A stretch of 64,000 nucleotides of DNA from a virus (IMGVR_UViG_3300032053_000016:1-64000), one strand, 5' to 3'; positions 9,482 through 18,385 are shown, numbered from the stretch's first letter. A program made the numbers and translations. Notes: a model not told the origin generated them from the sequence alone.

Positions 9482-9738
9482 AACACACACGCGCCGGTGA
9501 GATGTGGTTCGAGTGGGACGGCTTTGACAACACCCAGTGGCACGAGGTGTTGATCTTGGAGACAAAGCGTGTCGCCTTCGATCAGCAGTGGCACATGTGC
9601 ATCAACCTCGTGACTGGCGAGGTTTACCAGACGGTCGAGATGATGAACGCGCTGTGGGAGGACACGCCGACGGAACGCGTAATCGACACGAACCCTTGCC
9701 GTTTCAACGCCACGCTTCATCGCAAGAGGATCTTGTGA
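9478..9738 (+). CDS. GQVW-family small protein
   Basis: TRAGEMW...CINLVTG...KRIL. Confidence 0.6.
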   Translation: MKHTRAGEMWFEWDGFDNTQWHEVLILETKRVAFDQQWHMCINLVTGEVYQTVEMMNALWEDTPTERVIDTNPCRFNATLHRKRIL

Positions 9739-10055
9739 GAAGGAATTTCATACTCACACCAGGGATCGCTTGGTTGCGTCGTTTGGCAAAAGTGACCTGT
9801 CGCAAGGGTCAAGTTTGGACTCGCCCCGACCTCACGGTGTTGATCGTTGTTGGAGAGCCTGAGCCATCTGACGAGTGGGATCGTCACGGTCGATTCATTG
9901 AGCACGTCTCGAATGTGCTCAAAACTCTCAGCCAACACGGTTGGTGTCATCCGACTCTTTGCCTTGAGACAGGAGAACGTTGTCACGTCAACGAGCGGTT
10001 CTTCGTTGAGGGCGAGCAAAAATTGATCACCAACACTTGGACGAGGATCGCATGA
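9735..10055 (+). CDS. GQVW-family small protein
   Basis: RKGQVW...IVVGEP...HPTLCLETG...WTRIA. Confidence 0.6.
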   Translation: MRRNFILTPGIAWLRRLAKVTCRKGQVWTRPDLTVLIVVGEPEPSDEWDRHGRFIEHVSNVLKTLSQHGWCHPTLCLETGERCHVNERFFVEGEQKLITNTWTRIA

Positions 10056-10261
10056 AACAAAAATCCAAGTATGATCGCGTTGGGCAGGTGTGGTGGAGTG
10101 GCAAGCTGATCGTTCTCGTGACCGAGACTGTCATGTCGAAAGATCGACGCAGCATGCTTCACATTTGTTACTTGCTTGAGGGAGGCGGATTCATACACCT
10201 TCACGAGAAGAAGGTGAAGCGTTGGGAATGGACTCCAGCGTGGCAAGAGCGAATCACGTAG
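10052..10261 (+). CDS. GQVW-family small protein
   Basis: DRVGQVWW...WQERIT. Confidence 0.65.
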   Translation: MKQKSKYDRVGQVWWSGKLIVLVTETVMSKDRRSMLHICYLLEGGGFIHLHEKKVKRWEWTPAWQERIT

Positions 10262-10286
10262 AGCTCAAATACGATGTGAAGCGACT

Positions 10287-10298
10287 TAGACTAGTGAC
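10287..10298 (+). promoter_or_regulatory. -10-like box (TAGACT) 6 nt before the RNA ligase ATG
   Basis: TANNNT-N6-ATG. Confidence 0.5.
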
Positions 10299-11381
10299 AT
10301 GTCAGAATTTCACGTGAACGTGGTCCGTCTCACGAACGTCCAGAAGCACCCCAACGCTGACTCGCTGTACATCGCGAAGATCCATGGTGGTTACCCGATC
10401 ATCTTCAAGGGAAAGGAGTTCGGAGGAGCCTTCGAGGAGGGCGATCTCGCCGTCTACATCCCTGTTGACAGCATGGTGCCCGCGACGAAGGAGTACGCTT
10501 GGCTGTCCCCGCAGGTGGAGATCCTTCTGCCTGGCGGAGAGAAGCAGATGGTCGACGCGGACGTCCCACGCGACAAGGATCGACGCGTGCGTGCCAAGCG
10601 ACTGCGTGGAGTCTTCTCGATGGGCATGCTCGGCGTCGCGCCGGAAGGCGCTGTTGAAGGCCAGGACGTGGCCGAGCTCATGGGCATCACCAAGTACGAG
10701 GAGGCCGAGGATGTCATCAACGCTTCGCGCACCGACGGGTTTCAGGTGCCGGCGCCGCGTCTCAAGGCGATGCCGAGCGTCTACGACATCGAAGGCCTGC
10801 GTCGCTACACCAGCGCCTTCAAGGTTGGCGAGGAGTACGTTGTCACCGAGAAGCTTCACGGCCAGAACGCGCGCTTCGTCCACGACGGCGAGAGACTTCA
10901 CGTCGGCTCACGCACGCGCTGGCTGACCACCGCGGAGCGTCACACGTGGGCAGACGCGGCAACGCGTTACGTGCTCGCCGAGAAACTCAAGCAAGCGCCG
11001 GGCATCGTCTTCTTCGGCGAGACCTACGGCAACAACACCGACATGTCGTACGGCGTGACGCGTGCCAAGACCGGCGACGAGGTCCGCTTCTTCGACGCGT
11101 GGAACTCGGAAGACGGGTCGTTCTTTGATCATGACGTCTTCCTCAACATGTGCAAGTCGTTAGACCTACAGGTCGTCCCCGAGCTGGCGCGTGGCACGTG
11201 GGCAGAAGGTGAGTTCGAGAAGCTTGCGCCGCTTGCAGAAGGCAAGACGACTCTCGGAGGCGGACACGTGCGCGAGGGTTTCGTCATCAAGCCGTTGAAG
11301 GAACGTTTCTGTGAGGAGATCGGCGGGCGGCTAATATTGAAACTACATGGAGCGGATTTCCTCCTTCGAAAAGAAAAGTAA
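10299..11381 (+). CDS. ATP-dependent RNA ligase, DRB0094/Rnl5 family
   Basis: N-terminal OB-type HPNADSL and LRGVFSMG; nucleotidyltransferase motifs I (TEKLHG), III (FFGE), IV (EGFVIKP) and V (ILK). Confidence 0.9.
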   Translation: MSEFHVNVVRLTNVQKHPNADSLYIAKIHGGYPIIFKGKEFGGAFEEGDLAVYIPVDSMVPATKEYAWLSPQVEILLPGGEKQMVDADVPRDKDRRVRAKRLRGVFSMGMLGVAPEGAVEGQDVAELMGITKYEEAEDVINASRTDGFQVPAPRLKAMPSVYDIEGLRRYTSAFKVGEEYVVTEKLHGQNARFVHDGERLHVGSRTRWLTTAERHTWADAATRYVLAEKLKQAPGIVFFGETYGNNTDMSYGVTRAKTGDEVRFFDAWNSEDGSFFDHDVFLNMCKSLDLQVVPELARGTWAEGEFEKLAPLAEGKTTLGGGHVREGFVIKPLKERFCEEIGGRLILKLHGADFLLRKEK

Positions 11382-11404
11382 GAAGTTTTTCGGGAATCTG
11401 ACAC

Positions 11405-11647
11405 GTGAAGCAAGGGTGGAAGCCACGTGTCTTCGAAACTGGCTGCGTGTACCGCACGGTGCTGAACGCGTACTCAACGACCGACAGTCGTGAATGCATC
11501 TACCTCGTGTTAGGGGCTGACGAACGTGACGCTAACTGGTGGGAAGGGTACGCTGTGAACTTCACGTACCTTGACCTCCTCACAGGGCACGTCGACGAGT
11601 TCCATCGCGATTCTTACTTCGCGTGCTCGGCTGAGCCGTTGTGGTGA
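11405..11647 (+). CDS. GQVW-like small protein
   Basis: FETGCVY...IYLVL...LDLLTG. Confidence 0.55.
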   Translation: MKQGWKPRVFETGCVYRTVLNAYSTTDSRECIYLVLGADERDANWWEGYAVNFTYLDLLTGHVDEFHRDSYFACSAEPLW

Positions 11648-11886
11648 AGTACCTCTACCACCTCCCGTGTGGGACGGTGATCCACCAACTTGAGGATGAC
11701 GACGCAGACATCTCGTGCGATTTCACCGCGCGTCGAGGTGACCTTGCCGTTGTGATCGCTCACACAGTCAACGGGTGGTGCGAGACAGTGTTCCTATCCT
11801 TGACGCAAGGAGAGATCTACCATGTGTGTTACGGTTACGAGAGCAACTACGCTGCGATGTGTTCGGTCGAGGTGTACAAACCGTGA
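11641..11886 (+). CDS. Hypothetical protein
   Basis: ORF coupled to previous gene. Confidence 0.5.
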   Translation: MVKYLYHLPCGTVIHQLEDDDADISCDFTARRGDLAVVIAHTVNGWCETVFLSLTQGEIYHVCYGYESNYAAMCSVEVYKP

Positions 11887-11903
11887 GCTCCTCGACAACA
11901 GGC

Positions 11904-12521
11904 TCAAAGCGATGTTCTCTCACTTGTTGAATGCTTCCGGAAGGTCACGGAAAGTCTGACGCCGGTGGATTCGGGTTCCTCCGCGATGGAGTGGTGCCAC
12001 TTGGAGTCGCAGTCACCCTCCATGATCATGAGGTCACCATGTTCGAGTCGAACGTCGACGAGTCCTTCTTTCAGTCGCTTCCCCTTCACGTCAAGCGGGT
12101 GGAACGTCATCGTGCGAGCCGCGCCGAACGACACGCTGACGATCCTTGGCTTGTCTCCAAGTTGTGGGATGTACAACCCATCCCGATGTGGGTAGAGGCT
12201 TCCGGTTGGACCGTAGACGTTCACGACCCCGCAGTTTGGCATCCACAACAGGTCAGCCTCCACCATGTTCCTCAGACGTCTCAGAGCGGGCGTCCATGAG
12301 GAGACCGTCTTGACTGTGTCCTTGTAGGAGTAGGTGACGCCTTCGTCTCCCCACCGACCCATTCTGTGCCCACCGTCACGGTACGGCTTTCCATGCCCGT
12401 ACTTGAGCTGAACGGACAGGCCTTTCCGCGTCTCTTCGGTGAGATCCTTGAAGTACTGATCGCTGTCCGCGAGGTTGAGCCACCTCTTCAACACACGAAC
12501 CTGTTCAGGGATGACGTTCAT
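11904..12521 (-). CDS. alkB: AlkB-family 2OG-Fe(II) dioxygenase (ALKBH2/3-like)
   Basis: N.Y...HRD (HxD), SVSFGAAR, L.HGDL..M.G, W.HSI and R.S.TFR motifs. Confidence 0.9.
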   Translation of the reverse strand: MNVIPEQVRVLKRWLNLADSDQYFKDLTEETRKGLSVQLKYGHGKPYRDGGHRMGRWGDEGVTYSYKDTVKTVSSWTPALRRLRNMVEADLLWMPNCGVVNVYGPTGSLYPHRDGLYIPQLGDKPRIVSVSFGAARTMTFHPLDVKGKRLKEGLVDVRLEHGDLMIMEGDCDSKWHHSIAEEPESTGVRLSVTFRKHSTSERTSL

Positions 12522-12541
12522 CCGACCACGTTACCACTCTT

Positions 12542-12802
12542 CTAAGAGTCTAAGAACTCTTGAAATCCAGACAATCGGCGTCCTTTGATCCAGGGTTTGA
12601 ATGTTCCATGGAACGAGTCTGTGTTGTACACGCGTTCCTGCCCCAACAGATCCTCAAACCGAGGATCGTCAACATGCCCTTCCAACATGACGATGATGGT
12701 CTTCACGCCGTACGTGTGTTCATCGGGTGGAACGACGTATTCAACAACGAACCCATCGTAGACCACCCAACGTCGCCAGAGCGTTCCGATGTCAGGGCTC
12801 AC
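12542..12802 (-). CDS. GQVW-like small protein
   Basis: PDIGTLW; GTGA overlap. Confidence 0.5.
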   Translation of the reverse strand: MSPDIGTLWRRWVVYDGFVVEYVVPPDEHTYGVKTIIVMLEGHVDDPRFEDLLGQERVYNTDSFHGTFKPWIKGRRLSGFQEFLDS

Positions 12803-13089
12803 AGGAACTTGAAGGTTGTCGTGATCGTGACCTGCGTTGGCTTTAGCTCGTTGCGTGCGTAGTGGCCGCGAAGAGTGTGACTGTGGAAGTCGTTCGCAGC
12901 GTCGCACGAGTCAAACTCCATCGCGCCTTCCACACTCTCCTCATCGCTGTACGTGTGCATCGAATCGCCGCTCTCTGGATCGTGGTAGTGGATGAACTTG
13001 ACAACGTTCTTACGTCTATCGTCTGGGGATAGCCATGGTGCGTGGTTCGCGAGCACCCAGACCGTGCGTGACTTGCGTTGGTTCTTCAC
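12799..13089 (-). CDS. Hypothetical protein
   Basis: Coupled ORF. Confidence 0.5.
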   Translation of the reverse strand: MKNQRKSRTVWVLANHAPWLSPDDRRKNVVKFIHYHDPESGDSMHTYSDEESVEGAMEFDSCDAANDFHSHTLRGHYARNELKPTQVTITTTFKFL

Positions 13090-13466
13090 GTGGGTTTCTC
13101 CCAGTCACGTTCCTCGATCATCCGCGCGACTCGACAGATGACGCGGTACATGCCTGCCTTCTGCGGGTCAGCCTGGTACTCCTCAGAGATGGGCAACCGC
13201 AAGAACGTCGTGATCTTGGCGATCAGACGATCCTCGATCTCACGCTCGTGATCGGCGCTTCCGACCGGTGGATGCCACGTCATGTCGTCGTCGTAGTACC
13301 CGAGCGTGTTGATCTCTCCGTAGTAACCACTCTCAGTTTCACCGCACACCTGACAAGGATACAGTTGCAAGACATTCTTGAGCGTCACGGGGCAGTCGTC
13401 CATCCCGTACTTGCACCCGTGTTGATCACAACAGTGAGACGGACAGCAGGTGTGGTTGTCGTTCAC
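13086..13466 (-). CDS. Hypothetical Cys/His-rich phage protein
   Basis: HCC..HGCKYG..DCPV motif. Confidence 0.6.
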   Translation of the reverse strand: MNDNHTCCPSHCCDQHGCKYGMDDCPVTLKNVLQLYPCQVCGETESGYYGEINTLGYYDDDMTWHPPVGSADHEREIEDRLIAKITTFLRLPISEEYQADPQKAGMYRVICRVARMIEERDWEKPT

Positions 13467-14236
13467 TCATCCTCCGTCGCGAGCAGACTCTCAACGTACT
13501 CACGCTTCTCGCCGAACATCGGGATGTCGGTGTCGACCTTCCACCCTTGACGTTCGCCAGAGAGCGGGCAGTAGTTCTTCTTGACGCAGCGACCTTTACG
13601 GATCGTTGGCGTCAGATTCTCCCAGGGTTGACCGGCGTCACGGCACATGTCCTTCATCGTCGAGACGTTCTTACCCTCGCACTGCTTGTGTGAGAAGAGC
13701 GAACGCGCGTGCATCTGAACGCTGTTGCGCACGGCGTCTTGCTGGCGCCAAATGAAGTAATTCGTGACTTCACCCTCGGGGATGATGAACGCGCGAGCGT
13801 CGAAGTAGGCCGGCTCGATGTCCTCGACGCCGACGTGCGCCCGCTCGTCACCTGTTTTAAACAGACGCCACGACTTGGCGGTGAACGTTGACGAAGCAAT
13901 GGCGGCTGCGACTGACACGATCTTCTGCAGCTGATTATCGTACCACGGCTGCGTGTCGAACGTTTTGTAACTGTGAACGAGGACGGACACCTCATCAGAC
14001 TGAGAGTAGGCAAGCTCCGCACCCTGGATGTTATGACACAGCGCCATTGCGACGCCCTCCATGATGGAGATGAAGTCTCGATTGAACGGCTTGTCAGGCA
14101 GGTGTTTCGTGTACTTGCTGAAAGCCTTTCCATCCACGCGGATGATGAGTGGCATGCGGCGCGGGAACTCGGCCCGCGCGGCCTCTTCGTATCGCTTCAT
14201 CCGTGATGCCAACGAGCTGCGTTCATGGTCTGACAT
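13463..14236 (-). CDS. thg1: tRNA(His) guanylyltransferase, Thg1-like
   Basis: RMKRYE, IIRVDGKAF, YSQSDEVS, FDAR and WRQQDA.RNS motifs; start reassigned to the Met at 14236. Confidence 0.93.
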   Translation of the reverse strand: MSDHERSSLASRMKRYEEAARAEFPRRMPLIIRVDGKAFSKYTKHLPDKPFNRDFISIMEGVAMALCHNIQGAELAYSQSDEVSVLVHSYKTFDTQPWYDNQLQKIVSVAAAIASSTFTAKSWRLFKTGDERAHVGVEDIEPAYFDARAFIIPEGEVTNYFIWRQQDAVRNSVQMHARSLFSHKQCEGKNVSTMKDMCRDAGQPWENLTPTIRKGRCVKKNYCPLSGERQGWKVDTDIPMFGEKREYVESLLATEDE

Positions 14237-14879
14237 GGCTTCCCCAATTCTCGTGTGCTTGTTTGTGACACGTTCGACAGAGCGTGATCCCATTTCGAAG
14301 TTCGACATCCACAATGTCTGGATGCGCGATGACGAACTCAAGCTTCTCTTCTTCATCACGAAAAGTGAGACCGTTCACGATCCGCTTGATGATCTTGACC
14401 ACTGATTCGATGTGATGTGCGTCGAGCTTTTCGCGCGAAGGACATTTCTGACATGTCGATTTGTCACGCTCGAACACTCGAGCGTACCATCCGACACGCG
14501 TTGACAACAGACGTTTGACACGCTTCGTGAACGAAGCCTTCCCGCCTTTCCAAGCGGTTGCATTACAGCCAGTCTTACCAACTCGAGCCGACGACATCAA
14601 GCGCTTGGTTTCGGTTGTGTGCTTGCGGCCGTACATCCCGTTCTTCTCGTCGTTGATGTCGAGCTTTTTTCGTGACTCCTTGTGAGCTTCTGATGCTCGC
14701 ATCTTTTCGCTCAAAACAGCGCGTCGAATGGGGTCGGCCCACATCGTTTTGTACCTTTCGGAGGTGCACGCGCGACAACGGTAGAACCCGTTTCTCTTCA
14801 CTGTTTTGCTGTAGGAGTCGCTCCATATGACATTCACGGTTTCGCAGAAAGAACACTTGGCTTCAAGTTTTGAGCGCAT
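14223..14879 (-). CDS. HNH homing endonuclease with NUMOD3-like motif
   Basis: GMYGRKHT.ETK..MS; CQKC...LDAHHI...NGITLC..CH. Confidence 0.85.
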   Translation of the reverse strand: MRSKLEAKCSFCETVNVIWSDSYSKTVKRNGFYRCRACTSERYKTMWADPIRRAVLSEKMRASEAHKESRKKLDINDEKNGMYGRKHTTETKRLMSSARVGKTGCNATAWKGGKASFTKRVKRLLSTRVGWYARVFERDKSTCQKCPSREKLDAHHIESVVKIIKRIVNGLTFRDEEEKLEFVIAHPDIVDVELRNGITLCRTCHKQAHENWGSHVRP

Positions 14880-14906
14880 GTCTTACATAGGACATGTCAG
14901 TCCGAA

Positions 14907-15158
14907 TCAATTGTCTTGTGTCCTCACGTCACATTCGCCATCTGCAGCGTCGTACAAATCCCAAGTACAAAGGTCGTCCAGTGCAACGACGGGCCCACCA
15001 TCCTGAACAGCAGGCTCAGAGTAAGGCGGTGTACCTTCCGAAATGACGATGACGACGCGTGCGGAATCGTCGTGATACGCTGACGAGTTCGTCCCGATTT
15101 CATCGGACAACGAACCGCACGCGACAAGCATGAGCGAAACCAACACGAAAAGTTTCAT
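14907..15158 (-). CDS. Putative lipoprotein
   Basis: MKLFVLVSLMLVAC lipobox. Confidence 0.55.
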   Translation of the reverse strand: MKLFVLVSLMLVACGSLSDEIGTNSSAYHDDSARVVIVISEGTPPYSEPAVQDGGPVVALDDLCTWDLYDAADGECDVRTQDN

Positions 15159-15197
15159 TCGCTCACCGTAGCCGACGCGAGCCCGGAACAGAGCTCT

Positions 15198-15440
15198 TCA
15201 GGCGATCCTTCTGCCAACCCACGCGTCATCCCAGCCGGCCTCGACCCTGGCGAACTGCGTCTCGAATTGCTCAAACTCCCAAGCCGGGTCAGCGAGGCGT
15301 TCGAGCGGACGTAGCACCCATCACACGGGGCCTTGACGCTGCGCCGACCCCCAATCTTTTCGCCCGAGAACGACGCATGGCTCGAAGTCGGCGATGATGC
15401 TTCTGCGTCTCGCCCACCACACTTGACCGACGCGACTCAC
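15198..15440 (-). pseudogene. GQVW-family gene with one internal TGA
   Basis: MSRVGQVWW...QGPV*WVLRPLE...WVGRRIA*; in-frame TGA at 15321-15323; not in the ORF track. Confidence 0.65.
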
Positions 15441-15625
15441 GTCAATCTCACATGAAGCGGATTTGCGAACCAACTTCTCGGAACGTGAGTGACAACACCT
15501 TGCTTGTTTGAACCGAACAAGATCAACAATTTGTTGATTTTGCCTACCTCAAGCACGAGGTAGATCCACGCGTGTGGATCATCGTGGTCTATTTTCTCTT
15601 CCCACACCGAGCCGACAGACGTCAT
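15437..15625 (-). CDS. GQVW-family small protein
   Basis: SVGSVWE...IYLVL...VRLT. Confidence 0.6.
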   Translation of the reverse strand: MTSVGSVWEEKIDHDDPHAWIYLVLEVGKINKLLILFGSNKQGVVTHVPRSWFANPLHVRLT

Positions 15626-16161
15626 TTAGCTGGCGGGAGGTTCGTCAGGAAGGTGAGCTTGTCGAAGTAGGCCGCCGGCCGGTAAGGGCAGCTCCCCTTC
15701 TGGCTCAAGGCTTCGCATGTGAGGAAGAAGTCACCGTTGTGCTCCTTCGGCACGATCGGTTTGCCGCAGAGGCAACCCCTGTCGACTCGCTTCTGCAGCG
15801 ACTCCTCCGATGGATGCTTGATGGAGACACGTACCCAGCCATGTGGAGACTTGTTGGGCTTCGGCCAGAAGTGGCTCGTCTCGTACAGCGTGGCGAGCTC
15901 AAGCACAGGGACAACGTCGAGCCCGTAGATCGCGAGCTCCAACATGGCGCTGTCCGGCTTCGGGGCCGGATCGTTGGATGTCTTCGCGTTCGGAGGTGGA
16001 GGGATCAGGCCGTCGTTACTCCCGATCGTTGCGCGAGTCCCGAGGTTGTCAAGCGAGTTGAGCACGTCGCCGAGGAGTTGGTTGTTCTCGCGAGTGAGCT
16101 CGTTCTGTTCCTCGAGGAGCTCTACGATCCGTGTGAAACCGATTGATTCCTTACCAGTCAT
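15622..16161 (-). CDS. Hypothetical protein with C-terminal putative Zn ribbon
   Basis: CLCG...FLTC...CPY. Confidence 0.55.
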   Translation of the reverse strand: MTGKESIGFTRIVELLEEQNELTRENNQLLGDVLNSLDNLGTRATIGSNDGLIPPPPNAKTSNDPAPKPDSAMLELAIYGLDVVPVLELATLYETSHFWPKPNKSPHGWVRVSIKHPSEESLQKRVDRGCLCGKPIVPKEHNGDFFLTCEALSQKGSCPYRPAAYFDKLTFLTNLPPAK

Positions 16162-17026
16162 GACACACATCATAAAGCTCTCAGAACAACTACTGATCTC
16201 CGAAGGTCAGTCGTACGTTGCGCACGTCCCGTACGACGAGTTGCTCGCAGCGTTGCCTGACGAGAGCGTTGACGCGATCTACGCTGATCCACCGTTCAAC
16301 ACCGGCGTGTTGAGAGCAGATCCACGCGACTCATCATCCTTCTACCAGGATGACATGCCGAGAAACGACTGGCTGTCGTTCATCCATGACTTAGCCGTTG
16401 GGTGCCAACGCGTCTTGAAACCGCATGGGTCAATGTACCTTCACCTCGACTGGCGAGGCGTTCACGAGGCGAAGGTGTTCGCGATGGACGCAGCCTTCGG
16501 GCGTGACAACCACATCGGTGAGATCGTGTGGAGCTACAACTGGGGCGCTCGTCAAAGTGACCGTTTCTCTAGGAAACACGACACCATCCTCCACTACGCG
16601 AAGGAAGCAGGCGCACACCGTTTCGACCTCAGCAGAGTCGATCGTGTGCCCTACAAGGCTCCTGAGCTCCAGATATACCGCGCGAAACGCCTCGGCAAAG
16701 ACGACGGCGCGGAACGCATTGCAGTGGGTCAACCGGTGACTGACGTCTTCCATGACATCAACATCGTCGGGACATCGTCAAACGAACGGAGGCTCAACTC
16801 CTACCCAACCATGAAGCCAGCGAGGCTCGTCAAACGGCTGCTCGCGCCGGTTGTGATCCCTGGAAGTGTTGTTTTAGACCCTTTTTGTGGTTCTGGAGTG
16901 ATCATACAGGCAGCGAGCGAGCTACTGTGTTCGTTTGTTGCAGGCGACGCCAGCGAGAAGGCCACGAGCATCGCGAGACTTCGAGCGGATCGGTTTGAAG
17001 TGAAGTATTTCGCGGTCGAGCGTTAG
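16160..17026 (+). CDS. DNA N6-adenine/N4-cytosine methyltransferase (beta class)
   Basis: DPPF catalytic motif precedes VLDPFCGSG SAM motif; YPTMKP. Confidence 0.9.
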   Translation: MTHIIKLSEQLLISEGQSYVAHVPYDELLAALPDESVDAIYADPPFNTGVLRADPRDSSSFYQDDMPRNDWLSFIHDLAVGCQRVLKPHGSMYLHLDWRGVHEAKVFAMDAAFGRDNHIGEIVWSYNWGARQSDRFSRKHDTILHYAKEAGAHRFDLSRVDRVPYKAPELQIYRAKRLGKDDGAERIAVGQPVTDVFHDINIVGTSSNERRLNSYPTMKPARLVKRLLAPVVIPGSVVLDPFCGSGVIIQAASELLCSFVAGDASEKATSIARLRADRFEVKYFAVER

Positions 17027-17088
17027 TGAAGTCATCAACGAAGGTTACGGTAGCGAAGTGAAACACGGGGAACGCGGGGCGGACCCCC

Positions 17089-17430
17089 TTGACGCGGAGA
17101 ATCGCATTGAGCAACTGGAAGATCGACATGGTCACGGCCGACGAACTCTCGCTCCTGGCGGAGGAGGACATCGCGGATCGCATCGGCAAGTGCCGAAGCG
17201 AGATGGGGAAACGGATGGGCGACCCGGTGTGGCGCCAGAAGTGGGAGACCGAGCTGGCGTACTCGCAGCGCGAACTGCAGATCCGACACGCGCGTCGGCA
17301 GTCCCACAGGGAGTACGTCGATCGCGAGCGCGCGGCCGACCTCAAGTTCATGCGGGAGGAGGATTTCCTTCCGGAGTACGAGGGGAACAGGATCCCACGT
17401 TTTGTGAGGGAGATGCTCGAATGGAGTTGA
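17089..17430 (+). CDS. Hypothetical helical protein
   Basis: Coding-like frame (WETELAY..RE); overlaps sigma start. Confidence 0.6.
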   Translation: MTRRIALSNWKIDMVTADELSLLAEEDIADRIGKCRSEMGKRMGDPVWRQKWETELAYSQRELQIRHARRQSHREYVDRERAADLKFMREEDFLPEYEGNRIPRFVREMLEWS

Positions 17431-18164
17431 GACGCTCCAAGGACGCCGCGTCGCGACCCTCTCGCAGGGAGAACGACACGGTCGGATGGTACCTCAACAG
17501 CATCAAGGACCACGAAGTCCTGAAGCACGAGAAGCTTGTGGAGCTCTTTCAACTCCTCGAAGGCGGCAACAAGAGCGCGTTCAACGAGATCGTCAAGCGC
17601 AACCTCAAGCTGGTCGTCGCGGTCGCTCGCGCCTACCGCGACAAGGGCGTCGACTGGGAGGATCTCCTTCAAGAGGGTAACATGGGCCTCATCCACGCGG
17701 TCGAGAAGTTCGACTGGCGGCGAGGCAACAGGTTCTCCACGTACGCCACCTGGTGGATCAGACAGCGCATCAGTCATTACCTCTCCACGCAGAGGCACAG
17801 CATTCGTGTTCCGACGCATGCGCTTCGTCTCAAGAAGCACATCGAGATCACGATGGACAAGCTTCGCAAGGAAGGCGAGCAGGAGCCGTCGTGGGAGAAG
17901 ATCGCCGAGATCGTCGGCGGCTCCGCCGACGTTGTCGAAGCGACAGTCGCGGGGTCTCGAGCAACCGTCTCGCTGTCCCAGCCGGCGACATCCTCTGAGC
18001 GTGAGTCGCTTGAAGCGCGCTTTCGAACGGATGACAGCGGATCCAACGATCCAGAGCAGCCGTTCGCTCTCAACCAGTTGAGGATGGCCATGACGGCCGC
18101 CTTGAACTCCCTTGATCCGTTGGAGCGGCGCATCGTCGAGCTACGGATCGGGAGAGCAACGTGA
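17421..18164 (+). CDS. Sigma-70 family RNA polymerase sigma factor (RpoD/RpoS-like), lacking region 4.2
   Basis: NLKLVV.VAR.Y, DLLQEGN.GL..AVEKFD..RG.RFSTYATWWIRQ and IRVP; ends soon after LDP.ER.IVELR. Confidence 0.93.
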   Translation: MELRRSKDAASRPSRRENDTVGWYLNSIKDHEVLKHEKLVELFQLLEGGNKSAFNEIVKRNLKLVVAVARAYRDKGVDWEDLLQEGNMGLIHAVEKFDWRRGNRFSTYATWWIRQRISHYLSTQRHSIRVPTHALRLKKHIEITMDKLRKEGEQEPSWEKIAEIVGGSADVVEATVAGSRATVSLSQPATSSERESLEARFRTDDSGSNDPEQPFALNQLRMAMTAALNSLDPLERRIVELRIGRAT

Positions 18165-18385
18165 TGTGGGCCTTTTGGCGTGGTCAAGGTTGGCGCTGCG
18201 AAGGCGGTGCCCCTTGGGTCTCTCACGCTTATGAAGGCGAAATCGCAAAGGGATCGCATTGGCAGTACGTGGACGTCCACGCTCGAAGCCTGTGCGGAGA
18301 GGTTGTCGCGCGCCAAGCGTACGAAGCTCATCGCGCGCCACATCCCGATGCTCCAGCATGCTTCAAATGCATGAGGCTTACGTGA
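18161..18385 (+). CDS. Hypothetical protein
   Basis: Coupled ORF; H...SLCG...C..C. Confidence 0.5.
   Translation: MMWAFWRGQGWRCEGGAPWVSHAYEGEIAKGSHWQYVDVHARSLCGEVVARQAYEAHRAPHPDAPACFKCMRLT

Larger units (their letters stand above)
161..10261. other. Tandem array of small paralogous 'GQVW-motif' genes (about 31 here, about 6 more scattered downstream)
   Basis: ORFs of ~60-105 aa begin with (D/N)R(V/I)G[QED][VT]W or variants, followed by hydrophobic beta-strand-like segments, and often end R(L/I)(A/T/V). Most are joined by ATGA/GTGA start-stop overlaps. Confidence 0.8.

Noticed and set aside
161-10261. Diversity-generating retroelement or nucleotide repeats driving the miniprotein array
   Set aside because: No reverse transcriptase or near-identical DNA repeats were seen; the similarity is at protein-motif level only.
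17058-17420. 121-aa N-terminal extension of the sigma factor in the ORF track
   Set aside because: It reads like an off-frame translation, and the overlapping 17089..17430 frame looks like the real gene. A TACGGT-N6-GTG at 17058 leaves some doubt.
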